Shown here piece by piece: positions 48,198 through 61,436 of a stretch of 64,000 nucleotides of DNA. How positions within the stretch are numbered: position 1 is the stretch's first letter; each line of letters begins with the position of its first letter. The DNA lies in contig KZ538458.1 in NCBI GenBank assembly GCA_000934665.2, positions 1 through 64,000 of the forward strand. The letters are read 5' to 3'. A program made the position numbers and the translations under genes. This stretch comes from Catajapyx aquilonaris. Lineage: Eukaryota. The notes beneath the pieces were generated by a model that worked only from the letters and a program-made list of their open reading frames with translations, was not told the DNA's origin and ran no database searches.

Positions 48198-51100
48198 AAT
48201 GCCCTTCATTCCCACTTTTCACCTGAGTCGACAACTATGCAGGTACAAATTGCATGCATGGGCCACTGTGGCTGATAATGCTGTCTGCACATCGATCAAC
48301 TCAACAAAGAATTACAAATTTTTTTAAAGGGGAAAAATGTGGGAAAATTCTGAGTTTGAGAAGGAGCTTCCTCGGCTCCAACTCGCTCTAATCAAATGCG
48401 CCTTAAAACTTTTTGATGGAGGGCTCCCAGAGTTTTCTTAGAGGTAAAACTTGCCCACCTTCGTAATCGATGCAGGTCTATATCGGGCTGCGGAACCGGA
48501 TCGATCATCTTTTAATCACACCCCACCAAAACTTGGTCTAAGTCAGTGGAAAGTCCTCCGAGATGCTTCCCCGTCAGGTGTAAGTCCGCATCTAGTTCCC
48601 ATCGCGACTGTTATGCACACAGCTACAACCCCCAGAGATGATTAAGATGGCGTGATGGCCATGTCCAATTATAGCGTCGTTTTTTATGAGCGCCAATGCG
48701 GCGGTTCAGAACTGATCAGCTAATTTGGTCTGATTTATGAGCAAAATATCATTCATATAAAATATACACCGTACCTTACATACAAATCCATACAAAATTT
48801 AACCATTGCTCCAGTGCTCATTGTGCGAAGCCACTTTTCATTCGATGCAGTTGAAGCGCCTAAACAAGTGCTTCTTAAGAAGCTAACAATACCCAGCGTT
48901 CTGCAAAACATTCTTTTGTAGCCTCCGAAGCGAATTAACTCCCAAAAGTTGTGATGAAATAATAAGTGGCTCTCAATAACAATAGACAAACGAACGTCTG
49001 TTGTGCCATCTTACCTAGGAAGCAGCCACGTGCTTAATGAGACTTTCCGCAGCTGCGAAGATGGTTCCCAAAGGCGCCATATTCTGTAAAGCAACAGCAT
49101 AAGTTTATTAGCAATAATGACTCACCCCGGAAGAGCGAAACACTTATTCGTCTTAATTTTATCGGCTGGAGCAGAGACGTTACTTTGCATTTACGGCCCT
49201 TCTTTAGTGGGCCGAATCGACACAACCCCATCGACAACCCCCCCAGACTTTACTGCCGAGCATTGTTATCGTCCCTGCTCTGCTAGTACTGAATCAATAA
49301 GAAGCGCATTACAGACTGGAAGGCGATTGCGGTTCAAAGCAATTTAGATTAATTACGTGAAGACAAGTCCAACATGGGCGGGCTTATCTTGATTTAAAAC
49401 CTGTACAAAACAACAGGGTGTATCAAACTCCTGGTCGTTCAAGGCAAATCCAAGTGTGAAATGGCGTGGAACAGTTTATGGACTCAGGCGTCAATCAAGC
49501 TGTGCCTTGGGGGCATTCGGCACGGGCCTTAATGGTACAGTCTCAGGTACGGGATTGAAGTGACATGTGCTGTGACACAAAATTTGATACGGAAAAAGCA
49601 CAAAATGATGATGTATGAGCGACGGTGACCCTGGCACAAGCCGATAAATGTTAAAGTTGTCGCAAAACTTCCCTCGTCACATTCTTCTGCATGCATCAAG
49701 GTGACTGATCATAAGTTTGTGCTCGACTTGTTTGTTTGTTTATGCCATTACAAACCTGTAAACCCCTGGCACTGGGAATTACGGGAAAAAAAACACTACC
49801 ACTAATATGCTTATCTAGACTAACTCTATTACGAATTCACTCCTTGTAACAGCGACATTTGATGGATTCAACTGGTGATTATTATAAATCATCTCTCATA
49901 CATAATCCGGGTGAACCATATCATGAGCCACATTGGCGTGCCATGAGCCCCCACCATTTATCTTGGAACCCGACCAGGAAACCCTGACTTGACCACTAAC
50001 GCAAAATAAATCACAGGTTGTCCCAGAGCCTAACTCCGCTCGGTAAGACATGCACCAATTCCAATTTACAACCCTAATACTTTGTACCGCCTGCTTGGAT
50101 TTTCAGACTAAGACTGTATTTCTAGGAAGCACAAAAGGGGCAATGGTAGACAATAGTAGATTAGACAGAAATGGGAGCGCACCAATGAAATATGTAAAAC
50201 CTTGCTTCCTCGGCGTGCAGGTGTGTGTGTAGAAGTGGTGCGGAGGTGCAGGAAGGTAGGCATCAAGCGAATAAATTCTACCCCTGTGCAAAGCAGGAAG
50301 CTCGTTACTCGCACGCCTACTGATCCAAGTGCAGCTCATTTCCCTCCAGACACTTCTTGCGCCGCTCAATTTTCTATGCTGCATGACCAGACTACCTCTT
50401 GCAGCCCCCCCAATCTTGCTTGCCTTTTCCAACCGATCCTTATAACAATATATGCCAGCTCCAAAGTCATTGCCTTCAAAATGATTGGAAAACACGCCGA
50501 CTCCATCGCTTTAATTTGGGTACCCACCAGCACCGTCGGCGCTCTGTGGGTGAGGAAGGCAAGGAGGAACAATGCAGAGGAAATGAAACGCACTATCTCA
50601 CACAATCCCGACCTATCTCACGCTCCCTTCCACAAAACTTCCCTTCCGGGACGTTCTTCCCACACCTAATATGGTGGCCACACTCCAGAACTGCCACTTT
50701 TTTTTTCATCTTCCTCTATATTTTTCTCGCACGCTCACTCAATACTGTTTTTGAACTAATGGCTCAGAAATATGAGCAGGTACTTTTTATCCAATATCTA
50801 GTCGAAGTGGCCATCTAAGAGCAAATTGGTGGCAGCGACAATGTGGCGAGACAAAGAAGGAGAATAATGTTTCAGGTCCCTGCTGCCGGCTGATAGTATC
50901 CTCTTGGACTAGAGAACTCTAGACTCAGCTGGGAATCAATACTAGCTACCGAGCTAGCAGCCAGCACACTACAGCAGCAAGCATGGTTGACAGGAGATGG
51001 CTTGGGATTCCCCGAAAACCCGCTCTATTGCCAGACTGCGGATTTTGTCCCTCTAGTTTTTTTAGGGTTCCCCCACAGTCCCCGCCCATACCCCGTAAGG

Positions 51101-51939
51101 CGAACATGTAAAAGGACAAAAGAGCATCAGATGGCAATATTAGGTAAGGATCAAAGGACCCAGTTACCCTCCTGCTCCTTCCTGCAATTGAAAAAAAAAA
51201 AAAAACTCATCACACTTTTGCCATCTCCTCTCCTGCGCTGCCGAAATGAATCTCCAGGAACCAAACTCAATTTTCAGCATTTGAAATTTCGGATTATAGA
51301 TTTCTCCTTTTTTTCCCCCCTCCTCCGCTTCCGGAAAATCCCCTCGTCCCCCATTAATGACTAAGCGCCCGGCACTTCCTTCAGGGAGCTTTACGTGGAC
51401 TAGGATCAGAAAATTTGCAGGTAGGTTCAAACATTTCGGTACGGTACGTGCGAGTACAGCTATAGCTTACTGTTCAAAATATTTATTACAGCCATTCCGG
51501 ACTGGATCACAGTGTTTCAGCAATTATCCTGTAATTCGATTAGTCTTGGCACGTAGTCTACAGAATAAGAATTACAAGGATAAGTTGTACAGGGTTGATT
51601 TCTGATTCCTGTTTCAAGGAGGTACTGTATGTGAGTGCACTGCACTGCGCCGAGATCAAAAGACAAGTGGAAGGCTATACTGTATAGCGTCTAATTTCAC
51701 TTGTGGTGCATGCCACCTTTCGTGCACCAAGAGAAACCGAGGCTCCAGAGTACCTCTACGGCCTGTGGTGTACAGTACCGACCGATTTCCGCTTCACTTA
51801 CAGTTTATGAGGTTATCCTGTCAATAAATGTAACTAGGTACTATATATCTTGTGTACACGTTCTCTGCTGGAAGTTAACCTCTATTAGATTGTGAGAGTT
51901 GGAACAGTTTACTTCTAGATTAACATTAGCAGTCTATGG

Positions 51940-52229
51940 TAATAATAATTCATACCCCGTTATCAGCCGGCTGCTCTTTAGGGGGGATATTTTTTTGTTT
52001 TGACTGGAACTCTTCGTTTTTTCGTTTTTATTGCGCTTTTTGGGATAGGATAGGAAAGGAAGGAGGCGGCTGTGGCCTATTAGTTTAGGAAACAACTCCG
52101 GAATTCTCCTGGAGGAACCGTGGGAAACCACAGAAAACCATGGTTAGAGTAGCCGGCACCGGGATTCGAACCCAGGCCCTCCCGATTAGCAGTCGGACAC
52201 CATATCCCCTCCGCCACCACTGCTTCGGT
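51940..52229 (-). mobile_element. SINE family C, copy 3
   Basis: Head and core as in 12586; tail CCCCCCTAAAGAGCAGCCGGCTGATAACGGGGTA on the minus strand; TCTATGG on both flanks. Confidence 0.88.
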
Positions 52230-55200
52230 AGTTCTATGGAATTAGCATGTAGAGCGGACTGGCAAAGTGGAAACTATAAATGTCTCCTATACAGGTGGTC
52301 CGCTACCCTGTTTCCATTTTTGTCAACTTTGCCATCGACGAAGCCAACATCAGTCCAAAGCGGGACACTATAGATAGCACATTTGCAGCTTCCAATTGTT
52401 TAGGCCCGGGCAACTTTTCTCCATGCTGATGTATACCCACTCCTCCCAAGAAGAAGAAGAAAAAACTGTACTGAAATGGGAATAGTTTTTCCATTCCGCT
52501 GCAGCCTATTACATATCCATTCCACTCTCGCACTTCAAAGCCAGTTTATCGAAGCAATTGCTTTGCACTTGCCAAGAATAATTTGGCCCATTTCAGAAAT
52601 GCTCTGCGCAGCAACAGTTTTCTTTCACTTTTCCATCCATTTTCCCAATCGAAGTTTTTAAATATGGTCTCTTTGTGGGGAAAAATTTAAGTTCGTTCTT
52701 GAAAGGTCGCCCTTCTTAGCAATAGCAGCCACAGCAGCTATATAAGGAAAACTTTCCGATTATTATTATCATCATCATCATCATCAACAACAACAACATC
52801 TGGAGATCATAAGCATTGGCAATATTTGCACAGTGTGTTGCAGAAGAGAAATGAAGTCTTTTCAGAAGTCAGGCATGTCTGAAAGTCTCCTGAGCCCCCC
52901 GCTGAGCGGCTGCTGACTTGAGAAGGATGAATGGCGTGGGAATGGCTGGCGTGTTCTGATGCTGGCCCCACCTCCATCGCTGCAGTTACGCAGCCAAAGG
53001 TTCATCTCGACAACTCGGTAAAAAATTAAAAGATACGGACCCAGAGAAGAAAAGCAAGTAACATCAGCCTCGCAACTTTTCGCAGTCTTTTCTTCTGTTC
53101 CCCACCCACGTCGCCCCCTACCCAATCTCATGCCCTGATCTCTCATTCTGCACACTTGCTAGACCACGAAATGTCAACAGAATGGGAGGGGGGGGGGGGG
53201 NGAAGGCGAAATTCGACAAAAGAGAATGGGGAAGGGTGAACAAAATTGGCGATGTGTGAAGGCGTCCACATTGCGCCGGGGGGCTTCACCAGAGCATTAG
53301 GACAAATGTGACAGGCGTGAGATTGGGATGCCGTGTGTTAAAAGCCACAAAGGGTGACGTATAGATAAGATATTCGCCAACTTGCCATGTAAATCCTGCT
53401 TTCAGCCATTAGGCCAGTTTCACTTACTGACTCACAACTCGCTTTTGGAGCAGAGGTGGTCCCCATGCTGTCACCATGCAGGCCACCCAATGGGGCGTGT
53501 ATTCGGACTACCTAATTATGACATCAGGTATCATTAGTCAAAATGTAACTGCCTAACGCAATCAAAACGAAGCCTCCACTACCGAAAACACATTTAATAA
53601 ACCAGCAGTTCAAAAATGTTTTGACAGTATACAGTACACGTGGTTCGGTACCGGAGAAGCGACCTGTGCAAATACAGACCAATAAAGTTATGCAAATCAA
53701 ACTTCACGGTTACTGTACTCTCACCCATAACATCATAATTACTCGAATTTCACTGCGCTTTATGTACTGCACAGTGGTGGCCATTATAGCAAATTCGCGC
53801 AATCCAAACGGAGCATAATCGCCAAAATATTCACGACTCCCAACCATAGAGCTAGCAGCATGTTGCGCATTGATTATAAAGAAAAAGCCCCCTATCTATG
53901 CAACAGGTATCTTCGGCCTTTCCATCGGGGAAAAATTATTATGATTAAGATCGACGATATCTCCCTTCCCGGCCGGTCCGACCTGACCGCCCTCCCTGAC
54001 AATGTTACGTGAGCACACGTGCTGACTCATACTTAATTCACGAACCGGACTTGAGTCTCTGAACTGCACAGACCGCACAAGAGAAGGGAAATCGGGCTAA
54101 AAATGCCAGCAGGTTGTTTGGACAGGGAAGACCTGCCCGTGTCCTCCCCCCCTACCCACCATACTGGCAATCCTCCAGCTCTCTCCCCCGTACGAGACAC
54201 TTCAACAGATAACTACACTCCGATGTAGTTGCAGGTCCCAAGAGGCCGGTTCCATATCAGGTAATGGGTGTCGAGACATCACTCACCCACCTTAAATGCG
54301 AGGACCCCACCCCCCCCCTCTACCACAAAAGTTTGTTCAACTTCCGACAAGTTATTGGACTAAGAAGTTGGGGTGCAATCGATTTCGTTACCACTGTTGG
54401 CACAGACAAGATCCTTTTAAGGCCCGCTAATATAATTCAGCAGGGTCTGGCACCTTGTCAAAAAAAAAAAAAAAAAATCTCAGACCGTCTGACGGCCATG
54501 GAAGGAATCACGATTTTAATGCTGAGCAAAGCTCCGGCCTGATTTCGCTCTACCCACCTACCAAAATACTCCAACCTACCTGCTAGGTCAGGTTTTTTCT
54601 TAAGCGCAGATACGGCTACTTATAGCCTCTTATCGACACACACACCCCCAAAAATAGCGTGGTGCCAGCCAGCAAGTGGACCGCCATAAAATTATGGCTC
54701 ACCCTGTACATAAAATTCCGGACATGCAACGCCTACCACAATAGTCGTGGCACAAATAAGGCCATGTAGGACGAGGCAATGCTGTACGTCACAATTTTCT
54801 TCAGACTCCACGAGCCGTCACCAATTCCTTAGAAAACAAGGCAGCACCCCCCCCCCCCCCCAATGCATCTCAAGTGTGCCAATTTCCAAATGGGCCAGGC
54901 GACACCAGCCAAGAAAATAGCATTTTGACCCGGAAGTGTATGGGGGACCAAGGGACACCCCTATTTCGACTTGGAATGAATTGGATGGACCCTGAAAAGC
55001 TCGCTAATGAACTGCAATGCGGAGTGCAAATTGAATGGAAAAACCGGTGGGGTGGGGTGGGGGGGATGGGGAGACATGGAAAAATGATAAGATAGAAACA
55101 AATTTTTTGACCATGACATCTAATTTCCTCGCCTGCTGCTCACAAATTTTCAACAGTAGGCCTAACGATCTTGTTGGGGGTAGTATGCATGCATGTTAGC

Positions 55201-58200
55201 AGGCAAACTCAAAAAGAGATGAGGCTGGGTGGGTTTTGTGGGGAGGCAGTGGCGCCACTGTTAAACTATCGATCGGACAAAATTAGGCAACGGTGCCTTT
55301 GGTCTGCCCGCTTCGAATCCCCGCATTGCCTTTCCCAAGGAAAATCAGACTGGATCCTTAAAAATAAAAAATAAAAAAAAAGGAACGAGAGGAGGCCGTC
55401 GCCAAAATGGGGTGAAGGGCACAAGGCCCCCCCTCTCTGCCACTGACTGCACCACCTTCTTTTATATTGCACCAACCCCGCCCAATTCCAACCTGCATAT
55501 CATTGGTTTCCAAAAATGACAAATTTGTCATGGTTGAATCAACAGGCTCAGTGTAGGCTGACCCAAAAAACCGGCTCACATCCGGATCGAAAATGATGAT
55601 TTTTTAAAAAAGCCAGGGGGTCAAGTGGTTCGAGTATTGCCCAACATGGCTACCGTGGCGGATGGTACCCAGACATCAATATTTCAAAAACATTCCCCAC
55701 AAGTTTACCCTGCTTACTATTCACCAATAGTTACAGGCCTCCCCCTCCCCCCCATTTTTTTCGAGCTGACGTACAAGTCATTCCACTCTAATGACATCAA
55801 TTAATCCACCAGCATGAGTAAACAACGCACTCAAGACGGAACTTCCAGAATAATAGCCGTCACAGGGGTCACAACTTCTCATTTTTCAGACTTATGCACA
55901 CCCGGATTTTAACCAGGATTTATTACGGACCCAAAAGTGTGCTTTTACGTCCCCCTTTTTGAGGTCGCAGATTGTCACAGGCAGGGGGACATCCTCCACC
56001 TGCTGCCCACTGTAGCGCAATGGTATCCTTCAGTGGTCTCTTTGCCGGCACCCACATCCCGATCATTACTTGCAGTCCTCCAGAGAACCAGGCCTATTGT
56101 TGTGGAAAAGTGAGCTGGAGCTGCTCGCCTGCCAATCCAAGCAAACCTTCGTGCGACAACACAAACAGCAAACAAGCTCTTCGGCAAACAAACAAGCGGA
56201 TCCATTGTGGGGAAAGCCTAAGTACACACATTCGCTCCATTCCTACCACCTTTTATGGGTCAAAAGCAACTCTCTTAGCTGCCTTAGGCGGACTCCCAAT
56301 CATTAGGCAACTCGATTATAACGTTATTAGATGGGCAAAATTGCATGTAAAATGCACTGTAAGCGGTGTGGCCAAAACGGTGGGAAACTCAAACTTTGTT
56401 CGTCAGCATAAAACCAGGCCTTATGCACTTCAATTCAACCTAATATCTTACAAGGAACTATTGCCGGATACAGCTGATTAATCATGCGCAGATTAAATCC
56501 AAATCCAAATAATGAAGCTTGAACATCCTGTAGATGCGTATCATATATTAATCGTTATGATCTCACGAATGGATCTACCCGACTGTAAAACTCCCAATGT
56601 TTGCACGAGATCATGCGGTTTTAATGCACCCTGGGCGCACATTGCATCACGCACTATCTACGCACACTGATTGGATTAGGATTTGTAAGAGAGATTGGCC
56701 TGGAGATGAGAAACACAGTGGCTACCTATCACTAATAGATCAGTGCTGTGGTCAAACCTTATCCCAACTATACTGACCAAAAGTCCAAGGTAGTAAATAT
56801 GGCATTTAATTCTTTCAATATTTAAAAAAAAAAAAAAATCCTCCTGTCATTTTCATGCGTTTATTGTGCCGGGTATAAATTATTACTAATTTAGACAAAG
56901 ATTTATTCGGTGCCGCCATACCCTATTGGCCTTCGGTCCTTGTTCTATATTGGGCCATAATTATAACAACACCACATAAAACGTGTCGTAATTGTTACTG
57001 CGGTGAGATCTGAGAGAGATGGGGGCATGGATGTGAGGACAAAGGGATAATGCAATTCCCTCTGCAAAGAGGTAACCTGCAGGCTGTAGGCGAGTAGGGT
57101 TCACACTGCAGACTGAGTATTCCGGCGCCAAGAAAGGTCCGCATTTTTCACTGACCGAGGTGACTTTGGTTCCACCCTGTGTAATGGAATGTTACGAAAA
57201 TTACGCGTAATATGCTTTACGATAAGACCAGCTTAAAATTGCAATCGAGCCACGGCGGCCTGGTATGCAATAGGCGGTCATCCCTTGACGAGTGCAACTT
57301 AGTGTAGGTGGTAGGGGCCAAAGAGCGGGTGCTTTCATTAGTAGGGGCTTAAGAGGACTCATCCGGCAATAGGAGGGGGCTAAGCCACATTCCGGAAGCG
57401 CGATGCACTTGAATGCAAATCAAGCCGGCCTTCAGCGACAAGTTCTTTGATGGCCCAACAAGAAGAGATCGAATATGATGAAAAGGCACAAGCGGTGCCG
57501 GAAGGATGTCAAAATTCGCCAATTGCCGCCATATAGCCAATTACAGATCCACTGCAATTTTCTGACAAAGCCATATCAGCACTTCGCAGCAACTGTATAT
57601 TGTCAACACAATCCCGCCTTTTCTTGCCTCACCCATCCCTNAAAAAAAGGACTCTACAAAAGCCCTTGGATCTAGTTGAATCCACGATAGTGTCGATTTG
57701 TGGAAGTGGTCCGAGTGGCTGGTCCTTCAGCAAACCACATGGGCTGGGACAGGAAGCTGCAGATGAATATATTAGGTTGACTGGCTGGCTGGCTGGTCCG
57801 GATGAAGTGACCTCATCGCATCTGGCAGAAATAGGTTCGGAAGCACCAGCCCCAGACGACTCTCCTTCTGTGTTTGGGAGACGCTCCCAAGAATCCCCCA
57901 TATTTTTTCCCCTTTCCTACCCTCCCTTTTCCAAAGCTAGCCATTCACAGCTGCCTTCCCCATACAAGAAATAAAAGTTTCCAGCACCCCGCAAAAAGCC
58001 CCATATCCACCACTATCTCGCACGTTTTACGTCCGCCCTCTCTCTCTCTTTTTATCAGCCACTACATAATGTATTACTCAATTCCAAACTCATTCCAAGA
58101 TCGGTGCTAATGTTCACTCTAGTTGACTTCAATGAAGTGAAACTCCCCTGCAGTGTGGGTTCGATATATATTGCCCGTTCGACCTTCCGGGTGTCCTCAG

Positions 58201-59366
58201 CAGATGTAGAGATTTCCAATACCGCAATTAAAATGTCCTCCTGCAGTGCCACTGGCCAGTTATTTGAACCGATCATTAAATACTGTATAGAGTAATGCAA
58301 CATTAGTGCCGACTGTGGCCGTGCACTGCGTTTGAAAGGAACGTGGGCTAATTATGGCTTAGGCTCTCCTAATGGGCAAAGCACTGACAAACCTATCAAG
58401 TCCTAGTCAAAGCATCGATTTTCGCCCAGTAGAATTACGTGTCGTTCGCGGTTTTAATTGATGTAAAGCAGCAACACACACCGTTATTCAATACCTGGAT
58501 TAGTATTGAGGCTATAATATGAAAACCATGGATGCCGGGGCTATACACAACAACTCTGTAATTATTCTGCGCATGCTCCACGGGCCGGTATCTCGTCCCA
58601 CTTAATCAGCTGTTAGTGGTGTACTGTTATTAAAAGGGCTTCTCCAATAAGGACGCTTATTAGTGACGCCCAGATCAAGCATAGAAGTTTAATCAGTATA
58701 AGTACTGCTGGTACCAATTCAAATTAAAGAGAAAATACTGCGAATTCCCACACATAATTTGAAATTAGCCATAATTTGTGTTTATACACATGGCCCTTAG
58801 GAACCTTTACTTGACAAAGGTCGCACACTTACATACAGTAATGATTCAATTAAGCATAATATTAACTGCTAATACTTTTAATAATCACTGAAATAAGCAG
58901 CTTAGAAAAAAAAAACGCTGAAAGGGACATTTCAATTGGTACGCCCTCTCATGGCAGGACAATACCCCCTCTGTAAATATGTATGTGCTCCCGTTTAAGT
59001 CAAGGCGCGTGACCTGCATCAAAATATCGCCAGTGCATAGAGCTGTGATTAGCAACCCCTTTCAGACCTGGTCATTACCACAAAAACACGGGAGACATAA
59101 ATGGCAAGCGAGTGGGAATAATTTATAAAACCCCCCGCCACCTACAATTTCCCATTGAAGCGTGCTCCATGTGAATCAAGCAGGCTTAATGCACTCGTGG
59201 TTGTTGACAAATCCGCGTAATTATACGCTTAAGTACTTTTACAAGCGGTCCAAGAACAAGGGAGTGCCATTACAGAGCCTGCACCGCTCACTTGTCGCCC
59301 ATTAGTGCAAATATCCTATTTGATCAACGGATTTTGCAGATCTCTCCGAAAACAAAACTTCATTTT

Positions 59367-59800
59367 CTATTCTTCCTCCCTGCCGATTGCCCCGCGAAGC
59401 GGGGCAAACGGCATGGCCCTGCTTGCAGGGCCCGCCAACTCCACCTGCCGGTTGCCCCGCAAAGCGGGGCCCGCGTAAAACGAATAGTAGGGAATCTCTA
59501 CGCTCCCAATGTTAATTTCCCGACTTCATAACTCGCGAGCGGGTTAATCGATTTCAAATCGGAAACAAGATTTACACTCCGCTCATTTCAGTTTCTAACT
59601 TTAGATAGATAAACAACAACTAGGGCCATTACCGGGGTCACTATCCGGGGTCAAAGTTCAAAAATGTGTCGTTACTTCGACAAGGGTACAGCCTAAACGG
59701 TGCATCGTAGAGGGTCATACCATGTGTCATTAGAACCGCAATGTTCTCAGGAAGCGCCCTCCTGCCTACCTTTTTTTTGAGAAAAACCTTCACTTTTTGA
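59367..59800. mobile_element. Possible Helentron/HINE-like non-autonomous element end
   Basis: Clustered short GC hairpins GCCCCGCGAAGCGGGGC, GGCCCTGCTTGCAGGGCC and GCCCCGCAAAGCGGGGC after a T-rich tract, followed by GGGGTCA repeats. Boundaries uncertain. Confidence 0.35.
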
Positions 59801-59913
59801 GTCACGCGGCGATTTCGAAAGTGTCAGTTTTGTGGCTCTCGCTCTCTTTCTGTACCGAGACCGGATATACTTGGGAAGGGGGATTTCCAGTGATGATGAA
59901 AAGAATTAAATAA

Positions 59914-60264
59914 AAATAGGCAGTAAAACTGCAGAAAACTATTCTTCCTCTGGGTGAGATTAAAAGTAAGAAGCAAGTCCATAGGTGGGGGTTGGTTCGT
60001 GTCATGGGGATGTGTGACAATTAAATTTAATTCAAAACATTCGTGCTTTGGGGCTGGGAAGAATTAGGCAGAGTAGGAGAGTCGGAGAAGTACATAAAAG
60101 CGATATCTGCCTAATTCTTCCCAGCCCCAAAGCACGAATGTTTTGAATTAAATTTAATTATCACACATCCCTATGACACGAACCAACCCCCACCTATGGA
60201 CTTGTTTCTTACTTTTAATCTCACCCAGAGGAAGAATAGTTTTCTGCAGTTTTACTGCCTATTT
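59914..60264. repeat. Long near-perfect inverted repeat (159-bp arms, 33-nt spacer)
   Basis: 59914-60072 vs 60106-60264; three mismatches counted by eye. Confidence 0.95.
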
Positions 60265-61183
60265 AAAATAATAATAATAATGCTGGATTTGCGACAGTAC
60301 AGCCAGCGCGGCACAAAGTTCTACTTAAATTTTGTGTTTTCGCAAAGGTATGCAATTTTTGGCAGCGATATGTGAGGGGCATCCCTCCTGACCCCGAAAG
60401 GGTCGTGGTCCAATAATACGCAGGTTCGGAGCAACCCATTTATTACTACCGGCCCGGAACCAGGCCGTCCCACGACTCGCTCTACAAAAGAGCCCTCCCT
60501 ATCCCCACCAAGTCGACCCAGGCGCCACTGACCTCTAGTAAGGTGAGTCACAATGAATAAATGCATAATTAACAACTTTGAACAATTAGTACGTATGAGG
60601 TATGACACAAACTGATCTGAATTTCATCCCAGCAATTCTCACTAATCTATGTTTTAACTGTCTCCAGTAATAAACATGCCTCTCATTTTCCACAATATAA
60701 TGGCTTTTAAAATGTGGCGCCAAATGTGAGTCTGGGACCATATAAACAGGGCACATTTCGGTCACGGGCGTCCAACGCCTGTCCATACCAGATAAGATTG
60801 CTTCCTTATGCATGTTTGTCCTACCAAAACAAAACCGAACTGTTGACTAGATGGTGTTCCTCTCAGCATCCTGTTGGTGCCTAGCCCATTCTGGACAAGA
60901 GTTTGCTTACCACTGTGATTGCCCTCCGGGTCATTTACTCCCTCGCCCCCACTCCCGCCTCAATTATTCCCATGGATCCCTCTTTACGCATGCCCGGCCC
61001 CGAGGCTGGTTGGCCATCCAGGTCCCCAGGCTACCTAAAAAGCTGGCTATCACAATATCGGATCATTTGCTGGCCGACCAAGAAGAGAAAGGGTGATGAG
61101 AAAAGGCCCCATGCACGGTGCCCGGAATGTCAACTTCATTTTATTTATATTAACCTAACATACTCTACCCTAATCTATGTATA

Positions 61184-61436
61184 CAGGGTGTTAATCCTAA
61201 GCGTGTCACCAGAAAAGGTGGTGGTAGAGGCCGCAGGTGTGAGCATTTTTGCATAAGGAACTAGGGGTAGGAAACGCACCCTCACCGAGTTACGCCCCTT
61301 TCAAGTTTTCGGCACGCGGCGGATGAGTGGGTCTTGGCAAGTGCGTTTCCGACCCCTAGTTCCTTATGCAAAAATGCTCACACCTGCGCCCTCTACCACC
61401 ACCTTTTCTGGTGACACGCTTAGGATTAATACCCTG
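61184..61436. mobile_element. Tc1/mariner-type MITE
   Basis: TA|CAGGGTGTTAATCCTAAGCGTGTCACC...GGTGACACGCTTAGGATTAATACCCTG|TA, about 95-bp arms. Confidence 0.93.
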
